Part shown: one piece after another, positions 1-9,467 of the stretch
How the letters are laid out: every line of letters starts with the position of its first letter
Numbering within the stretch: position 1 is the stretch's first letter
IMG/VR virus record: IMGVR_UViG_3300030419_007002
Coordinates: 1 to 64,000 of that record
Source of the DNA: a virus
DNA: 64,000 nt
Reading direction: 5' to 3' (one strand)
The notes under the pieces: generated by a model
Database searches by the model: none
What the model was told of the DNA's origin: nothing
The model's input: the letters and a program-made list of their open reading frames with translations, nothing else
Position numbers and translations under genes: made by a program

Positions 1-892
1 CATCAACTACTTCTTCTTGCCCCGCTGACTCATTATGACCTGCCAGCATCCCGCCCAGCATAACAAAATCAGCACCAGCACAAAAGGCCTTGGCCACATC
101 GCCAGCACATACGCACCCACCGTCAGCCATAATATGCCCACCAATCCCATGTGCAGCATCCGCGCATTCAATGACTGCGCTGAGTTGAGGGTAACCGACA
201 CCAGTTTGAATACGAGTAGTACAGACAGACCCGCCGCCAATACCCACTTTAACAATATCTGCTCCACTTAATAATATCTCCTCTGTCATTTCGCCAGTGA
301 CAACATTTCCCGCTATGATGATAAGCGCGGGATGTTCATCTCTGACTCGTTTAATAAAATCACAAAACCTTGATGTATAACCATTAGCTGCATCAATACA
401 CACGAATCTATTCCAATAAAATTTAAACTGAAGGTCATTCAAATAATCTAAATCATCCAATCTGTGCGGGTCGTATTTGATACCAATAGAAGGACAAAGA
501 TGGTCATAAATTCTGCTTTGCCAATTATCCGCACCGCGCTCATATTTCCAACTCCCTTTATTTGCGAACCTTTGCTCTTGAGTTTTGTAAACCCCGTAGC
601 CATTCAACTTATGCGTCCACCTTTCTATATCGTTATGCTTACTGATACAGGTAAGCATATGATATTTAGCGAGAGCCTTCGCCGTTTCAAACGTGCCAAC
701 TGTGTCCATATTTGAGGCAACGATAGGAACACCTTTCCAGCTGTACCCCTTCGGGTCTGCACCCTCACCGCCGGCATTCTTGAATGTAAACTCCCGCATC
801 AAATCAACATCTTTACGGGATGTTAACTCTGAGCGCTTCGGGCGTAAAAGAACATCTTTGTAGTCTAGCTTCGTGTCTTCTTCAATTCTCAT
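1..892 (-). CDS. guaC: GMP reductase (3' end runs off the window; missing from the ORF track)
   Basis: Hand translation: [21 protein letters not shown]...ASNMDTVG...CIDAANGY...[34 protein letters not shown]...DGGC...[14 protein letters not shown]; frame open to position 1. Confidence 0.95.
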   Translation of the reverse strand, partial: MRIEEDTKLDYKDVLLRPKRSELTSRKDVDLMREFTFKNAGGEGADPKGYSWKGVPIVASNMDTVGTFETAKALAKYHMLTCISKHNDIERWTHKLNGYGVYKTQEQRFANKGSWKYERGADNWQSRIYDHLCPSIGIKYDPHRLDDLDYLNDLQFKFYWNRFVCIDAANGYTSRFCDFIKRVRDEHPALIIIAGNVVTGEMTEEILLSGADIVKVGIGGGSVCTTRIQTGVGYPQLSAVIECADAAHGIGGHIMADGGCVCAGDVAKAFCAGADFVMLGGMLAGHNESAGQEEVVD

Positions 893-1277
893 CGATTATC
901 TTCTTTCTCAGGGCGCTCGTAGACCAATCGTGGTCTCTGTTATGAAAATAGATTTTAATATCTAAATGGTCGCCGGTAAATTTCTTACCCTCGTAATCGC
1001 TTCCTAGTATTCGTACGTCAGGCCTTACTTCATGAAGAAGCTGAACGAGGTCGTGCTCTGTCTCGTAGATTTGGATTTCGTCTATATACTTTATGCTTTC
1101 TAGTTGAATTCTACGCTCCGCTAGGGATTGAATAGGTTTATTTTTATTTGGCCTATCAATAGTAGGATCTGTTTGGAGTGCCGCGATTAAGTAATCGCAC
1201 TGAGCTCTTGCATCTTTTAGCATCAAGCAGTGTCCTGCGTGTAAAAGGTCAAAACAACTAGCAACAATACCCGTCAT
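882..1277 (-). CDS. TagD-like cytidylyltransferase
   Basis: FDLLHAGH motif, [23 protein letters not shown]; likely start MTGIVAS at 1277. Confidence 0.85.
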   Translation of the reverse strand: MTGIVASCFDLLHAGHCLMLKDARAQCDYLIAALQTDPTIDRPNKNKPIQSLAERRIQLESIKYIDEIQIYETEHDLVQLLHEVRPDVRILGSDYEGKKFTGDHLDIKIYFHNRDHDWSTSALRKKIIDEN

Positions 1278-1279
1278 AA

Positions 1280-1420
1280 TTAAATTACATTGAACAACTT
1301 CAACAGGATAACCACTTGAAGAAGCAGGGTGCAGCAAGCAAGCACGGTGCGGAGCATTTCCATTAAGTGATTACAATCATCAAGCCTCCGCTCAATTTTG
1401 TATAACCAATCTGGTAGCAT
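1280..1420 (-). CDS. small membrane protein (46 aa)
   Basis: MLPDWLYKIERRLDDCNHLMEMLRTVLACCTLLLQVVILLKLFNVI; fills the gap between neighbours exactly. Confidence 0.6.
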   Translation of the reverse strand: MLPDWLYKIERRLDDCNHLMEMLRTVLACCTLLLQVVILLKLFNVI

Positions 1421-1421
1421 A

Positions 1422-1964
1422 TTATCGCAAATCCTTTCTCAAAAGTCTCCATCTATCGCTGTCAATACATTTCTCTCCGCTATCTATCTCTTTTATCATA
1501 GCGACGACCTCCTCAATAGAATCATAAATATATTTGTGAGGCATCATTCCCATCATCCATAAAGGAGTTTTAGTTTTCCCCCCTTCCATAGATATAAAAA
1601 CAGGCTTTTTCATTCTGATAGCGGTAACTATTTCCTCTGCGCTACCCCAACTGGCTACTTCTGGCAACAGATGGGCGATAATGAAATCGCTCCTATCCAC
1701 CAAATTAAGATCGTAGCTTCTGATTTGCTTCATTCTTTCTGCTACGTCATTGTAATAGCCCCTTTCCATATCTCTATGGATTTTATCCCTTGCTTCTTCG
1801 TCTTCATCCACATCTTTAACAAAAGGTTTTTTGTATGGATTGAAGATTTGAACGTTCATGGGAGTTAGTTCTTCCTCTACATATTCTCGCCAATCTCTTC
1901 CATTGGCATACTGCATGTGACCAACGAGATATGTCTTGGTTCTGTATAATATGTTATCTTCCAT
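1422..1964 (-). CDS. nucleoside 2-deoxyribosyltransferase-like protein
   Basis: YLVGHM, FNPY, DLNLVDRSD, GSAEEI pattern of the NDT/YtoQ fold. Confidence 0.7.
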   Translation of the reverse strand: MEDNILYRTKTYLVGHMQYANGRDWREYVEEELTPMNVQIFNPYKKPFVKDVDEDEEARDKIHRDMERGYYNDVAERMKQIRSYDLNLVDRSDFIIAHLLPEVASWGSAEEIVTAIRMKKPVFISMEGGKTKTPLWMMGMMPHKYIYDSIEEVVAMIKEIDSGEKCIDSDRWRLLRKDLR

Positions 1965-2023
1965 AACTAGAAATTGCTTCTAGATAAAGATATCATAACG
2001 AAGTTAAAAAGGCAAATTACTTT

Positions 2024-3274
2024 TTAAATTTTATTTTCTTCTTTTCGTTTCTGTTCTAGCGCGTATTCTCTATATTGAGAAACGTTCTGGAGCACTACTA
2101 TTTTCTCATTAAAAATATCATCTTTTAGCTCGTTTATGAAGTCTTCAAAGTGAGGGTTCTCCTTTTTCCATATTGACCTTTCTTCAAAGTCTTTCTCCTC
2201 GAAAGTGCCCCAGTCATTCATTAGGGTGATTCTCACTTGGTCTACTCCAGCTTTTAGCCCTATTTTAATAAAATCTTTCATTTCTTTGTAGTTTTCCCTT
2301 TGCACTACGTACGCAAAGCAGTAATGAAAACCATATTCTTTCTTCCTTTCGGACAAGAAAGCTATATTCTTCATAAGGGTGGGCCAGTGCCCTCCTTTCC
2401 TTACTATATTATAAGTTTCTTCTGTCCCTGCATCGAGAGATATATTTACTTCGTTAATGTTATTGTGTATTTTCTTTATCTTGTCCCAGTTCTTGGGGGT
2501 AAACATAACACCGTTGGTCTGAAGGTTTATTTTTACGTTAGGGTATTTTGATCCATCTATGCTGTATAGTAAGTCTCTGAAAAGTTTTGATCCAAATGGG
2601 TCACCTGATCCAGTGACATTAACTGTATAGTGTTTGTCATGTGGTTCATTAAAAATCTTTTTTATAATTTTATTTTGTATAGCTAATGCTCTTTCGTAAT
2701 GAGGTCCGCTCGTGTAAGAAAATTTCTCAACCCTACAACTTGGGCACGCTAGGTTGCAGGAATTGTCATAAGTTAAGTTATAAAATATTGGATCGGATGT
2801 TAGTTGATTATTTTCTACTATATCTTTGTACCTATTGCTACCCCCAAACCCCTCTAGCTTATCTGTGTCGGGTAATACTTCTGCTGTGCCATCTGTGGAA
2901 CCAACTGAGTGACGCTGTATTTTGGGACAAGTTCCTTGGTTGCAGTATTTGAATGAACCATCTAATATGCTCGCCCTTATGTCTTGCGCTTCTTTGGAAT
3001 TAAAAACGTCATCTATACTTTTTTTATCATCTAGTATTCCCGCGCATTTATGAAGCCAAGCAGAGCAGCACAAAAAAACACGTCCGTCATTTTGGAAATC
3101 GATATAATCCCAAGGAGTTCTGCAGAATTTACCCTTTAGGCTTACCTTCTTCATAATAGAGCCTTCCATATCTTTCTGGTCTTTATATCCTACATAATAA
3201 CCAGAGTCATCCTTGACATCAGCCATCTTAAGCCTGAGTTGTTTCTGCTCTTTATTTATATTAGATTTATCCAT
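2024..3274 (-). CDS. radical SAM protein with N-terminal SPASM/twitch-like Cys cluster
   Basis: CNLACPSC (CxxxCxxC), GSGDPF, LQTNG, ISLDAG; N-terminal C..PW...DG.V..CC. Confidence 0.85.
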   Translation of the reverse strand: MDKSNINKEQKQLRLKMADVKDDSGYYVGYKDQKDMEGSIMKKVSLKGKFCRTPWDYIDFQNDGRVFLCCSAWLHKCAGILDDKKSIDDVFNSKEAQDIRASILDGSFKYCNQGTCPKIQRHSVGSTDGTAEVLPDTDKLEGFGGSNRYKDIVENNQLTSDPIFYNLTYDNSCNLACPSCRVEKFSYTSGPHYERALAIQNKIIKKIFNEPHDKHYTVNVTGSGDPFGSKLFRDLLYSIDGSKYPNVKINLQTNGVMFTPKNWDKIKKIHNNINEVNISLDAGTEETYNIVRKGGHWPTLMKNIAFLSERKKEYGFHYCFAYVVQRENYKEMKDFIKIGLKAGVDQVRITLMNDWGTFEEKDFEERSIWKKENPHFEDFINELKDDIFNEKIVVLQNVSQYREYALEQKRKEENKI

Positions 3275-3543
3275 TTTAAATATCCATATACGTTCAAGAT
3301 AACTAAAGCCAGAGACATTACCGCCGTCGGGTAAGTCTTCTGCTTAATACAATATACACTAACCATGGAATTACCCACTATCCAAAGTAGCCAGCAAGAT
3401 GGCATTTTCTGCGCATTAAGGATATATCCCAACAAGACTAGTATGGCCCCCATCCAGCCAAGGATATTCTCTATAAATTTTTCCTTAAAAGAATAAATAA
3501 ACATTAATAATCTAACTTTTATTTTCATATAAGCCTCTGGCAC
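3256..3543 (-). CDS. PnuC-like small membrane protein
   Basis: Three hydrophobic segments, W..WIVGN, NVYGYLKW. Confidence 0.55.
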   Translation of the reverse strand: MPEAYMKIKVRLLMFIYSFKEKFIENILGWMGAILVLLGYILNAQKMPSCWLLWIVGNSMVSVYCIKQKTYPTAVMSLALVILNVYGYLKWINLI

Positions 3544-4073
3544 TCTTTATCTGGAAAGAGTTTTTGTTCAACGCAATAAATGCACTCTAGTAGTCTAACA
3601 TCTATACCAAGTTTATCTCTTATCTCGCTCACTTTTTCATTCGCAAAACTATTAAACTTTACTGTAGTTAAATCAATGGGGCATTTTTCACCTGCTAAAA
3701 CGCCTGAATAAAAAATATAACGCTCATTTTCATTAAATTTATATCCCTCTGGATAAAGGTATTTGGAGGCAAACATGAATAAATTTCTTCTCCACCTAGT
3801 CATTTTCTTGGTGCTCCCCATTGTGAAACCTATAACAAAAGCCTCATCTTTTACTAGCAACCCCCTTCCTAGCAAAACATGAATGCAGTCATGGGTAAAT
3901 AAATCTACAGCGCCGGTGAACAGTCGTGATGTCTTGTATTCAGGGTTTTCTATCAATTTAATTATTAAAGGGACATCTTCGGGGTTTAGTTTAAAATCCC
4001 CCATTTCCTCGAGAACATCGAACAGTCGGTCCCTACCTCTAGAAATGGGATAATGCCAAGACTCTGCATCCAT
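3525..4073 (-). CDS. hypothetical protein with Coq4-like HDxxH..E motif
   Basis: HDCIHVLLG...DEAFVIGF. Confidence 0.45.
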   Translation of the reverse strand: MDAESWHYPISRGRDRLFDVLEEMGDFKLNPEDVPLIIKLIENPEYKTSRLFTGAVDLFTHDCIHVLLGRGLLVKDEAFVIGFTMGSTKKMTRWRRNLFMFASKYLYPEGYKFNENERYIFYSGVLAGEKCPIDLTTVKFNSFANEKVSEIRDKLGIDVRLLECIYCVEQKLFPDKECQRLI

Positions 4074-4081
4074 AAAAGATA

Positions 4082-5203
4082 TTAGGTTTCTATCCCTAAA
4101 ATCTTCAAATTTTCTTTAAATTCTTCGAATGGAATATCTGCGTACGATAAGGCGGCTGGGTATTGAACCCAGTAATCTCTGCGTTGCTCTTTATTGCCTT
4201 CTAGTTTCCCTTGGGCCATAATGGCTGCGACTGAAGAAATTGAAAATGCGGTAGCTTTTTGCATGGCCGAAAATTGTTCATCCGATTTAATCACCCTTTC
4301 TCTTCTCCAAACTTTGTCGCCGCCGCTAACCTCTGCTACGACAAAAACTTCGTCGTTTTCTGCTTTACCGCACCCCTGAAGGAAAATCTTCTCCATTGTC
4401 TTATCATCTAATTGACAATCCCTCATCAAGAAGTTAACTATATCGCGGTGACCTTTATATCTAATAGTTTTATAAGAACAATTTCTGACGCCCCTATCTT
4501 TCATGGAGTGAATAGAGTGTGATGCGCCTCCGCTTGTGTAAAAAGCCTCCATCTTGCCAAACTTATTACCCTCTATCTGCTCTAATCCATCCATGCCTTT
4601 GACGGTTTCAATTTCTCCGTCTCTTAGGATTAAGCAGTCATCTATGTACTCGTTAATAAGCCCGTCTGTGGACCAAGTTACTGCGTATCTAAGCGGGTTT
4701 TTTGTGCTTTCTGAGTAGTCTGGCAGTCCACCTACCATCATCTTGACATCTTCTACTTGTCCATGTAGCTGCCTGTACCCTTCTTCCGCTAAGATATTTA
4801 CCCAACCGGGGGCAAGGCCAAGGTCTGTTAGTACGGGTTTTTCAGCTACTTGTCTAGCGTAATCATTTATGCTTTCTGAAACGTCTACCCTGCCCCCTAA
4901 GTCACAATAACGTATGCCACTATCCACACAAAATACGCCCAACCTCTTTGTTTTGTGGTAAGGTAAGGAAGAGATTACTATATCAATGTCTTGATTATCT
5001 AATATATGACCTAAGCTTAATTCAAAATCATGCTGCGTCTTCCCCTCTACTAAAATAAAATCGGCATCAGGGACTAATTGTCTAAGTGTCGACTCTGCGG
5101 GGGCATAGGAATCCACTCCTAGGATTTTAAATCCTAGTTTATCCATAGCGTAGCAGATGGCTTGCCCCATTCTGCCAACGCCAAACACCGCAGCCGTTTT
5201 CAC
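4082..5203 (-). CDS. saccharopine dehydrogenase / lysine 6-dehydrogenase family oxidoreductase
   Basis: GVGRMG Rossmann motif, YCDLGG, DLGLAPGWVN, VGGLP, TWSTDGLINEY, YKTIRYKGH. Confidence 0.85.
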   Translation of the reverse strand: MKTAAVFGVGRMGQAICYAMDKLGFKILGVDSYAPAESTLRQLVPDADFILVEGKTQHDFELSLGHILDNQDIDIVISSLPYHKTKRLGVFCVDSGIRYCDLGGRVDVSESINDYARQVAEKPVLTDLGLAPGWVNILAEEGYRQLHGQVEDVKMMVGGLPDYSESTKNPLRYAVTWSTDGLINEYIDDCLILRDGEIETVKGMDGLEQIEGNKFGKMEAFYTSGGASHSIHSMKDRGVRNCSYKTIRYKGHRDIVNFLMRDCQLDDKTMEKIFLQGCGKAENDEVFVVAEVSGGDKVWRRERVIKSDEQFSAMQKATAFSISSVAAIMAQGKLEGNKEQRRDYWVQYPAALSYADIPFEEFKENLKILGIET

Positions 5204-5409
5204 TATTCAGTAATATCTAGGTCGGAGGGGGCTACTACGTTTTGGGCGCCTTGGCTTCTGGCTGCATCCGCTTCGGCTTCCATTTTTCTGCGGATCTTTT
5301 CTGATCTTTCCAGTAAGAAAGATCTATCATCTCCCTCTAGTTCTGCGCATTTATCGTAAGGCATATTTAGCATATGCATTAGCTTCCAGTTTTCTTCTTG
5401 TGTGTTCAT
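5203..5409 (-). CDS. hypothetical protein
   Basis: ORF abutting the operon. Confidence 0.6.
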   Translation of the reverse strand: MNTQEENWKLMHMLNMPYDKCAELEGDDRSFLLERSEKIRRKMEAEADAARSQGAQNVVAPSDLDITE

Positions 5410-5415
5410 AAAATG

Positions 5416-5568
5416 TTATCTTCTTCCGGGTTTGCAGTTCTGTCGGTATCTTTTCCTAGGGCCTCCTTGACCTCTATACTTTTTCATACCTTTGCTGTTG
5501 TTACTGCACCCTTGTCGAGTCTTTTTCCCTTTGGGTTTTTGGTATCCTGATTGGTCTGTTTTTGCCAT
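5416..5568 (-). CDS. small basic phage protein (50 aa)
   Basis: MAKTDQSGYQKPKGKKTRQGCSNNSKGMKKYRGQGGPRKRYRQNCKPGRR; fills the gap. Confidence 0.65.
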   Translation of the reverse strand: MAKTDQSGYQKPKGKKTRQGCSNNSKGMKKYRGQGGPRKRYRQNCKPGRR

Positions 5569-5571
5569 AAA

Positions 5572-6069
5572 TTATAATTCTTCTATTCTCTTTGCTTTAT
5601 CATCTATAACCATGTCACAGGCAGGTTTAATATACTTACCCTTGGAACCTGTGGATAAATCATGAAATTTGCACCCCCAAGATTCAAGTTGTTTCCAAGT
5701 AAATTCATAATAACATTTACCCAAAGAAATCGATCTTTGCGAGCCACCCCTAGCCGTCCAGTAAACTACATACCAACCTTCGTCATATAATTTATTAATT
5801 TTCGCTATATTCTCATGACTCGGTTCTGCTAAGTTGTATTGCCTTTTGTCTGGGTAAAAGCAAATGGTCTCATCAATGTCTACTAGCACAACCTGTCTAT
5901 CGTCTGATGAATATTTTTTAGATTCGTGAAACTGCATGTCTTTTGCTAACTTTCTGTATTGATCATGTTCTGGGTGCCCGCTCATCTCATTATTATTAAA
6001 AATGAGGTCATAATTTTCTAAATATTTTTCCGTATCTACCTTCCTAGGTCTACTCCCTTTGCCGTTCAT
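5572..6069 (-). CDS. HAD-superfamily phosphatase
   Basis: VDIDETI, WTARG, KP...IDDKA. Confidence 0.8.
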   Translation of the reverse strand: MNGKGSRPRKVDTEKYLENYDLIFNNNEMSGHPEHDQYRKLAKDMQFHESKKYSSDDRQVVLVDIDETICFYPDKRQYNLAEPSHENIAKINKLYDEGWYVVYWTARGGSQRSISLGKCYYEFTWKQLESWGCKFHDLSTGSKGKYIKPACDMVIDDKAKRIEEL

Positions 6070-6072
6070 GCT

Positions 6073-7608
6073 TTATTTCATGCCTTGTGGAAAGGTTAAT
6101 CTGTCTGCATGATTAACCGTCCAGCTTATTTCGTGGGTTACTGCCCTAAAGGTGCGGGCAGCACTTGGGAATCCATTACCAGATTTTTTAACGCCCCCAA
6201 AGGCGAGGTGAGATTCTGCGGCGATAGATCCGCCGTTCCAGTATATCATTCCTGCATCGCATTCATCCCTCATTATCCTAGCTTTTCTAAAATCATTTGT
6301 TAACACCCCAACCGCAAGCCCGTACTCCGTATCGTTGTATATTCTTATGGCATCTTCAATTGTGTCAAAGGGTATGATAGCTACATGAGGGCCAAAAACT
6401 TCATTTCTTAGATAGGGTGCGTCAACCCCGCGCCACTCTACTTTATAAACCATTGGTGTGCTGTAGTAAGCTTTATGATCACCAGTATAGGTGGGAGAAA
6501 GTAATACTTCAGCTTGAGGGTCATCCGTAACTATCTTATTATAATATCTTATTTTATTAAAACCCTGCTCATTTATGATTGGGCCATAGTAAATATCTTT
6601 GTTAGGCACAAGCTCTTCCCAGACCATGCCATCTGGGCAACCAGAAGTTCCCAGCATAGATTTGAATGGGTTTCCTGTTTTAAGTTTAGAAGCCTCTTCA
6701 GCAAATCTTCTCGCAAAATCATTATAAATAGTTCTTTGAACTAGAATTCTACCGGATGATACGCAGCGTTGACCAGATAATTTAAAAGCGCTGGCTATCG
6801 TAGCTTCTAGCGCAAGGGGAATTTCTACATCGTCAAAAACGATACAAGCAGATTTACTTCCTAATTCACAGGAGGTTGTTTTATGCCAAGATTCAGCAGC
6901 CACTTTACGAATATGTTGTCCGACGTCGGCAGAGCCAGTAAAGCAAATATGATCGACACTATCCCTAACCAAAAAATCACCAGTAGCCCCATCGCCATGA
7001 ACCAAGTTAATGACACCGCGTGGGATGCCAGCTTCCGCATAGATCTGGACAGCCATTTGAGTTGACATTGGGGCATCTTCACTTGGTTTAATTACGATTG
7101 TGTTTCCTTCTACTAAGGCTGGGGCTGCATTCCAAAACATGCCGATAGCCAATGGAAAATTGAATGGTGTTACAATAGCTATTACACCTTTAGGCTTGCG
7201 AAGCATATAAGCATCTTTATCTTCAACTTCTGAGGATACCGCTTCTCCATGAGAGTAGCGCCCCGAGCCGAAGGCAAATTGGGCCATATGCAAAGCTTCA
7301 TTGACTTCCGCTATGCTTTCGTTGTAGTTTTTGCCTGTTTCTAGTGAGATTACTGTCGCCAGCTTCTCCCTGTCTCTTTCTATCAACTGGGCCACTTTAT
7401 TCATATAATCAGAACGCACAAAGCGACTGACCTTTCTCCATTTTCTAAACGCTTTCCTTGCTGAGAGCACGGCTTTGCTTACTTCGCTGGCGTTACTCAT
7501 TGGAAATGCGCCTTGAGCTTTCCCTGTCGACGGGTTAACTTTGGTATACATCTCCGCTGTGGCTCTCCACTCTCCGTTAATATAATTTCTTCCTTCGAAA
7601 TCTCGCAT
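6073..7608 (-). CDS. NAD(P)-dependent aldehyde dehydrogenase
   Basis: TPFNFP, KPSE, FTGS, ELGSK, GQRCVS, EVFGP, FGGVKKSG; start MRDFEG at 7608 preceded by AGGAGG. Confidence 0.95.
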   Translation of the reverse strand: MRDFEGRNYINGEWRATAEMYTKVNPSTGKAQGAFPMSNASEVSKAVLSARKAFRKWRKVSRFVRSDYMNKVAQLIERDREKLATVISLETGKNYNESIAEVNEALHMAQFAFGSGRYSHGEAVSSEVEDKDAYMLRKPKGVIAIVTPFNFPLAIGMFWNAAPALVEGNTIVIKPSEDAPMSTQMAVQIYAEAGIPRGVINLVHGDGATGDFLVRDSVDHICFTGSADVGQHIRKVAAESWHKTTSCELGSKSACIVFDDVEIPLALEATIASAFKLSGQRCVSSGRILVQRTIYNDFARRFAEEASKLKTGNPFKSMLGTSGCPDGMVWEELVPNKDIYYGPIINEQGFNKIRYYNKIVTDDPQAEVLLSPTYTGDHKAYYSTPMVYKVEWRGVDAPYLRNEVFGPHVAIIPFDTIEDAIRIYNDTEYGLAVGVLTNDFRKARIMRDECDAGMIYWNGGSIAAESHLAFGGVKKSGNGFPSAARTFRAVTHEISWTVNHADRLTFPQGMK

Positions 7609-7609
7609 A

Positions 7610-8167
7610 TTATCCTCCTTTAGTGCTTTCCATAAGTCCTTTAACATTAAGCTCACAGAACCCTTTACCTTCTCTAGATATAAGTTCATAAACTACTCCC
7701 GTTAATTCTGATGGTTTAGTAAAAACTTGAACAAGTCCGGGGCAAGTCATCGGTTCATCAGAATAGAACTCAGCATACCCTTTCTCTTTCCATTCTTTCA
7801 TAGTAGCTTCCACATCTTCTACTTGATAAGCTATATGGTGAACCCCACCAATACCACCCCTTTCGGCCACCCAATCACCCACGATACTTCCTTTCGGGCC
7901 GTCACTCACAAAAATCTCTGGAGGAGCATGATATTCTACAGGAACTTCTGTTTCGATTTCGTTCAAGGAAAGATGAGTCTCCATTCTCCATAGACTAGTC
8001 TCTTCTGTTCTGTTTTCTGGTGGAACCAGCGCTAGACAATCTGCTTTACCACCATCATCAAATTTTATTTGAAACTCTATGCCGACTTTATAACCTAGGG
8101 TATCTTCAAAAAACTTAGCTGTTTTGTGCCGGTCTTTCGATCTGTAAGCTATGTGGTCTAGTCTCAT
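7610..8167 (-). CDS. VOC-fold protein resembling the catalytic C-terminal domain of 4-hydroxyphenylpyruvate dioxygenase
   Basis: DHIAY, GGVHHIAY, LVQVFTKP, YELISR, GFCELNVKGLMES (His/His/Glu triad). Confidence 0.7.
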   Translation of the reverse strand: MRLDHIAYRSKDRHKTAKFFEDTLGYKVGIEFQIKFDDGGKADCLALVPPENRTEETSLWRMETHLSLNEIETEVPVEYHAPPEIFVSDGPKGSIVGDWVAERGGIGGVHHIAYQVEDVEATMKEWKEKGYAEFYSDEPMTCPGLVQVFTKPSELTGVVYELISREGKGFCELNVKGLMESTKGG

Positions 8168-8185
8168 TTGTTATCTTATTATATA

Positions 8186-8395
8186 TTAATAATCAAAATC
8201 TTTCAAATTAGAAAATTTTTTCTCTTGTATTCTAACAAGTCTGGCCCCAAAGACGTCCTCGTTTCGTATTCCATTTTGTTTATTAGATTCTTCCACAATT
8301 GACAGCGCCTCCATAGCGTCAGCCTCTTTTCTAAAAAAGGCTACCGAAGCCCATGTCAAATTATTCATTTTCTTTTGTACTTCGTAGAATTTCAT
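8186..8395 (-). CDS. hypothetical protein
   Basis: ORF overlapping its neighbour by ATGA. Confidence 0.6.
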   Translation of the reverse strand: MKFYEVQKKMNNLTWASVAFFRKEADAMEALSIVEESNKQNGIRNEDVFGARLVRIQEKKFSNLKDFDY

Positions 8396-8874
8396 TTCTT
8401 TCTAGGAGGGGGTAACTTAAAAAATTTATGTTTTTTGTAAACAAAAACCGGAGTTTTGCCCCTAGTCCAATAGGGGAAAGACGTTGTTCTGCAAAAATGG
8501 TTCGCTCCGTTAGTTATGTCCTCCAGCTTTACTTTTTTATTACAAACTTTTCTGGCCAACTCTCTGGCATAGATTTTAGATGGCGATCTCCAAAGGTAAT
8601 ACAATTCTCGCTCTTTTTTTAAGCTCCATTGCCGCCCGCTACTGACCCACCACGTATCAAACTGCCTGTATTCATGGCACACTTGTAGTGGGGTGAGCCC
8701 TCTTTCCTTGGCCCTCGTTTGTATGACACATGCTACTGCTGACATACCCTTCTCTCCCTCGCCGCGGGCTTCTCCGAGTATTGTGAGTGCCACTACTCTT
8801 TCCTCTATAGTTAGGGCTTTGTCTGCGAAAACAGAAGAGGCTAAAAAAATAAGTAAAATAGTTATTCTTTTCAT
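8392..8874 (-). CDS. SleB-family cell wall hydrolase with signal peptide
   Basis: TILGEARGEG..GM.AVA.VI..R, QF, DITNGANHF, HKFF. Confidence 0.85.
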   Translation of the reverse strand: MKRITILLIFLASSVFADKALTIEERVVALTILGEARGEGEKGMSAVACVIQTRAKERGLTPLQVCHEYRQFDTWWVSSGRQWSLKKERELYYLWRSPSKIYARELARKVCNKKVKLEDITNGANHFCRTTSFPYWTRGKTPVFVYKKHKFFKLPPPRKK

Positions 8875-9467
8875 TTTAAAATTCTTTCTATTCTAATCGT
8901 AGTATTGATTATACCATTAAGGGCATATCTAATCAATGAAAAAATGAAAAATATTGGGGCCGTGGTAAATGACACTAGCTTATTTTGCTTTCTGTTTGAG
9001 TTTTTGACGGCTTCTTCGATTTTTTTTCTAGCTTCTTTCCTAGGGGTATTGTCTCTCTCTACACATTCATGTAGGTCACACTCTTTTAGGTCGCCCTTCC
9101 AGAATAAAGCCTTGAATGTAAAATAGAAATCGGTTTCTTCCTCTAGGTGCATCCCGTATAAGTTTAGCTCCCCTGTGTAATCTATTCTTTCAATTCCGTC
9201 GTCTTTCTCTTCTACTTCTGCGTGACCTTCTTCGTCGTAAATGAACTCTCTCTTAACGTTTTCCTTGTAAAGTTGCCCGTCTTCAGATATGGTGTACCTA
9301 TCTGGAAATAGGGAAGCGCCGAAGGAGTCAGTTTGGAAATCTATTTCTTCCCAGTTCGGCGGGTTGTCGGCGTCAGTAAGGCATCCGGACGTAGGTAATA
9401 TATATTCACATGTAACGCTATCTATCATTCGTCTACCAATTATAGTCTTTTTCGTAACCAAGATCAA
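8871..9467 (-). CDS. hypothetical protein
   Basis: ORF; likely start MIDSVTCEY. Confidence 0.65.
   Translation of the reverse strand: MILVTKKTIIGRRMIDSVTCEYILPTSGCLTDADNPPNWEEIDFQTDSFGASLFPDRYTISEDGQLYKENVKREFIYDEEGHAEVEEKDDGIERIDYTGELNLYGMHLEEETDFYFTFKALFWKGDLKECDLHECVERDNTPRKEARKKIEEAVKNSNRKQNKLVSFTTAPIFFIFSLIRYALNGIINTTIRIERILK

Noticed and set aside
7-715. ORF-track entries 7..267, 35..271 and 464..715
   Set aside because: Shadow frames of guaC, which the track missed because it has no stop in the window
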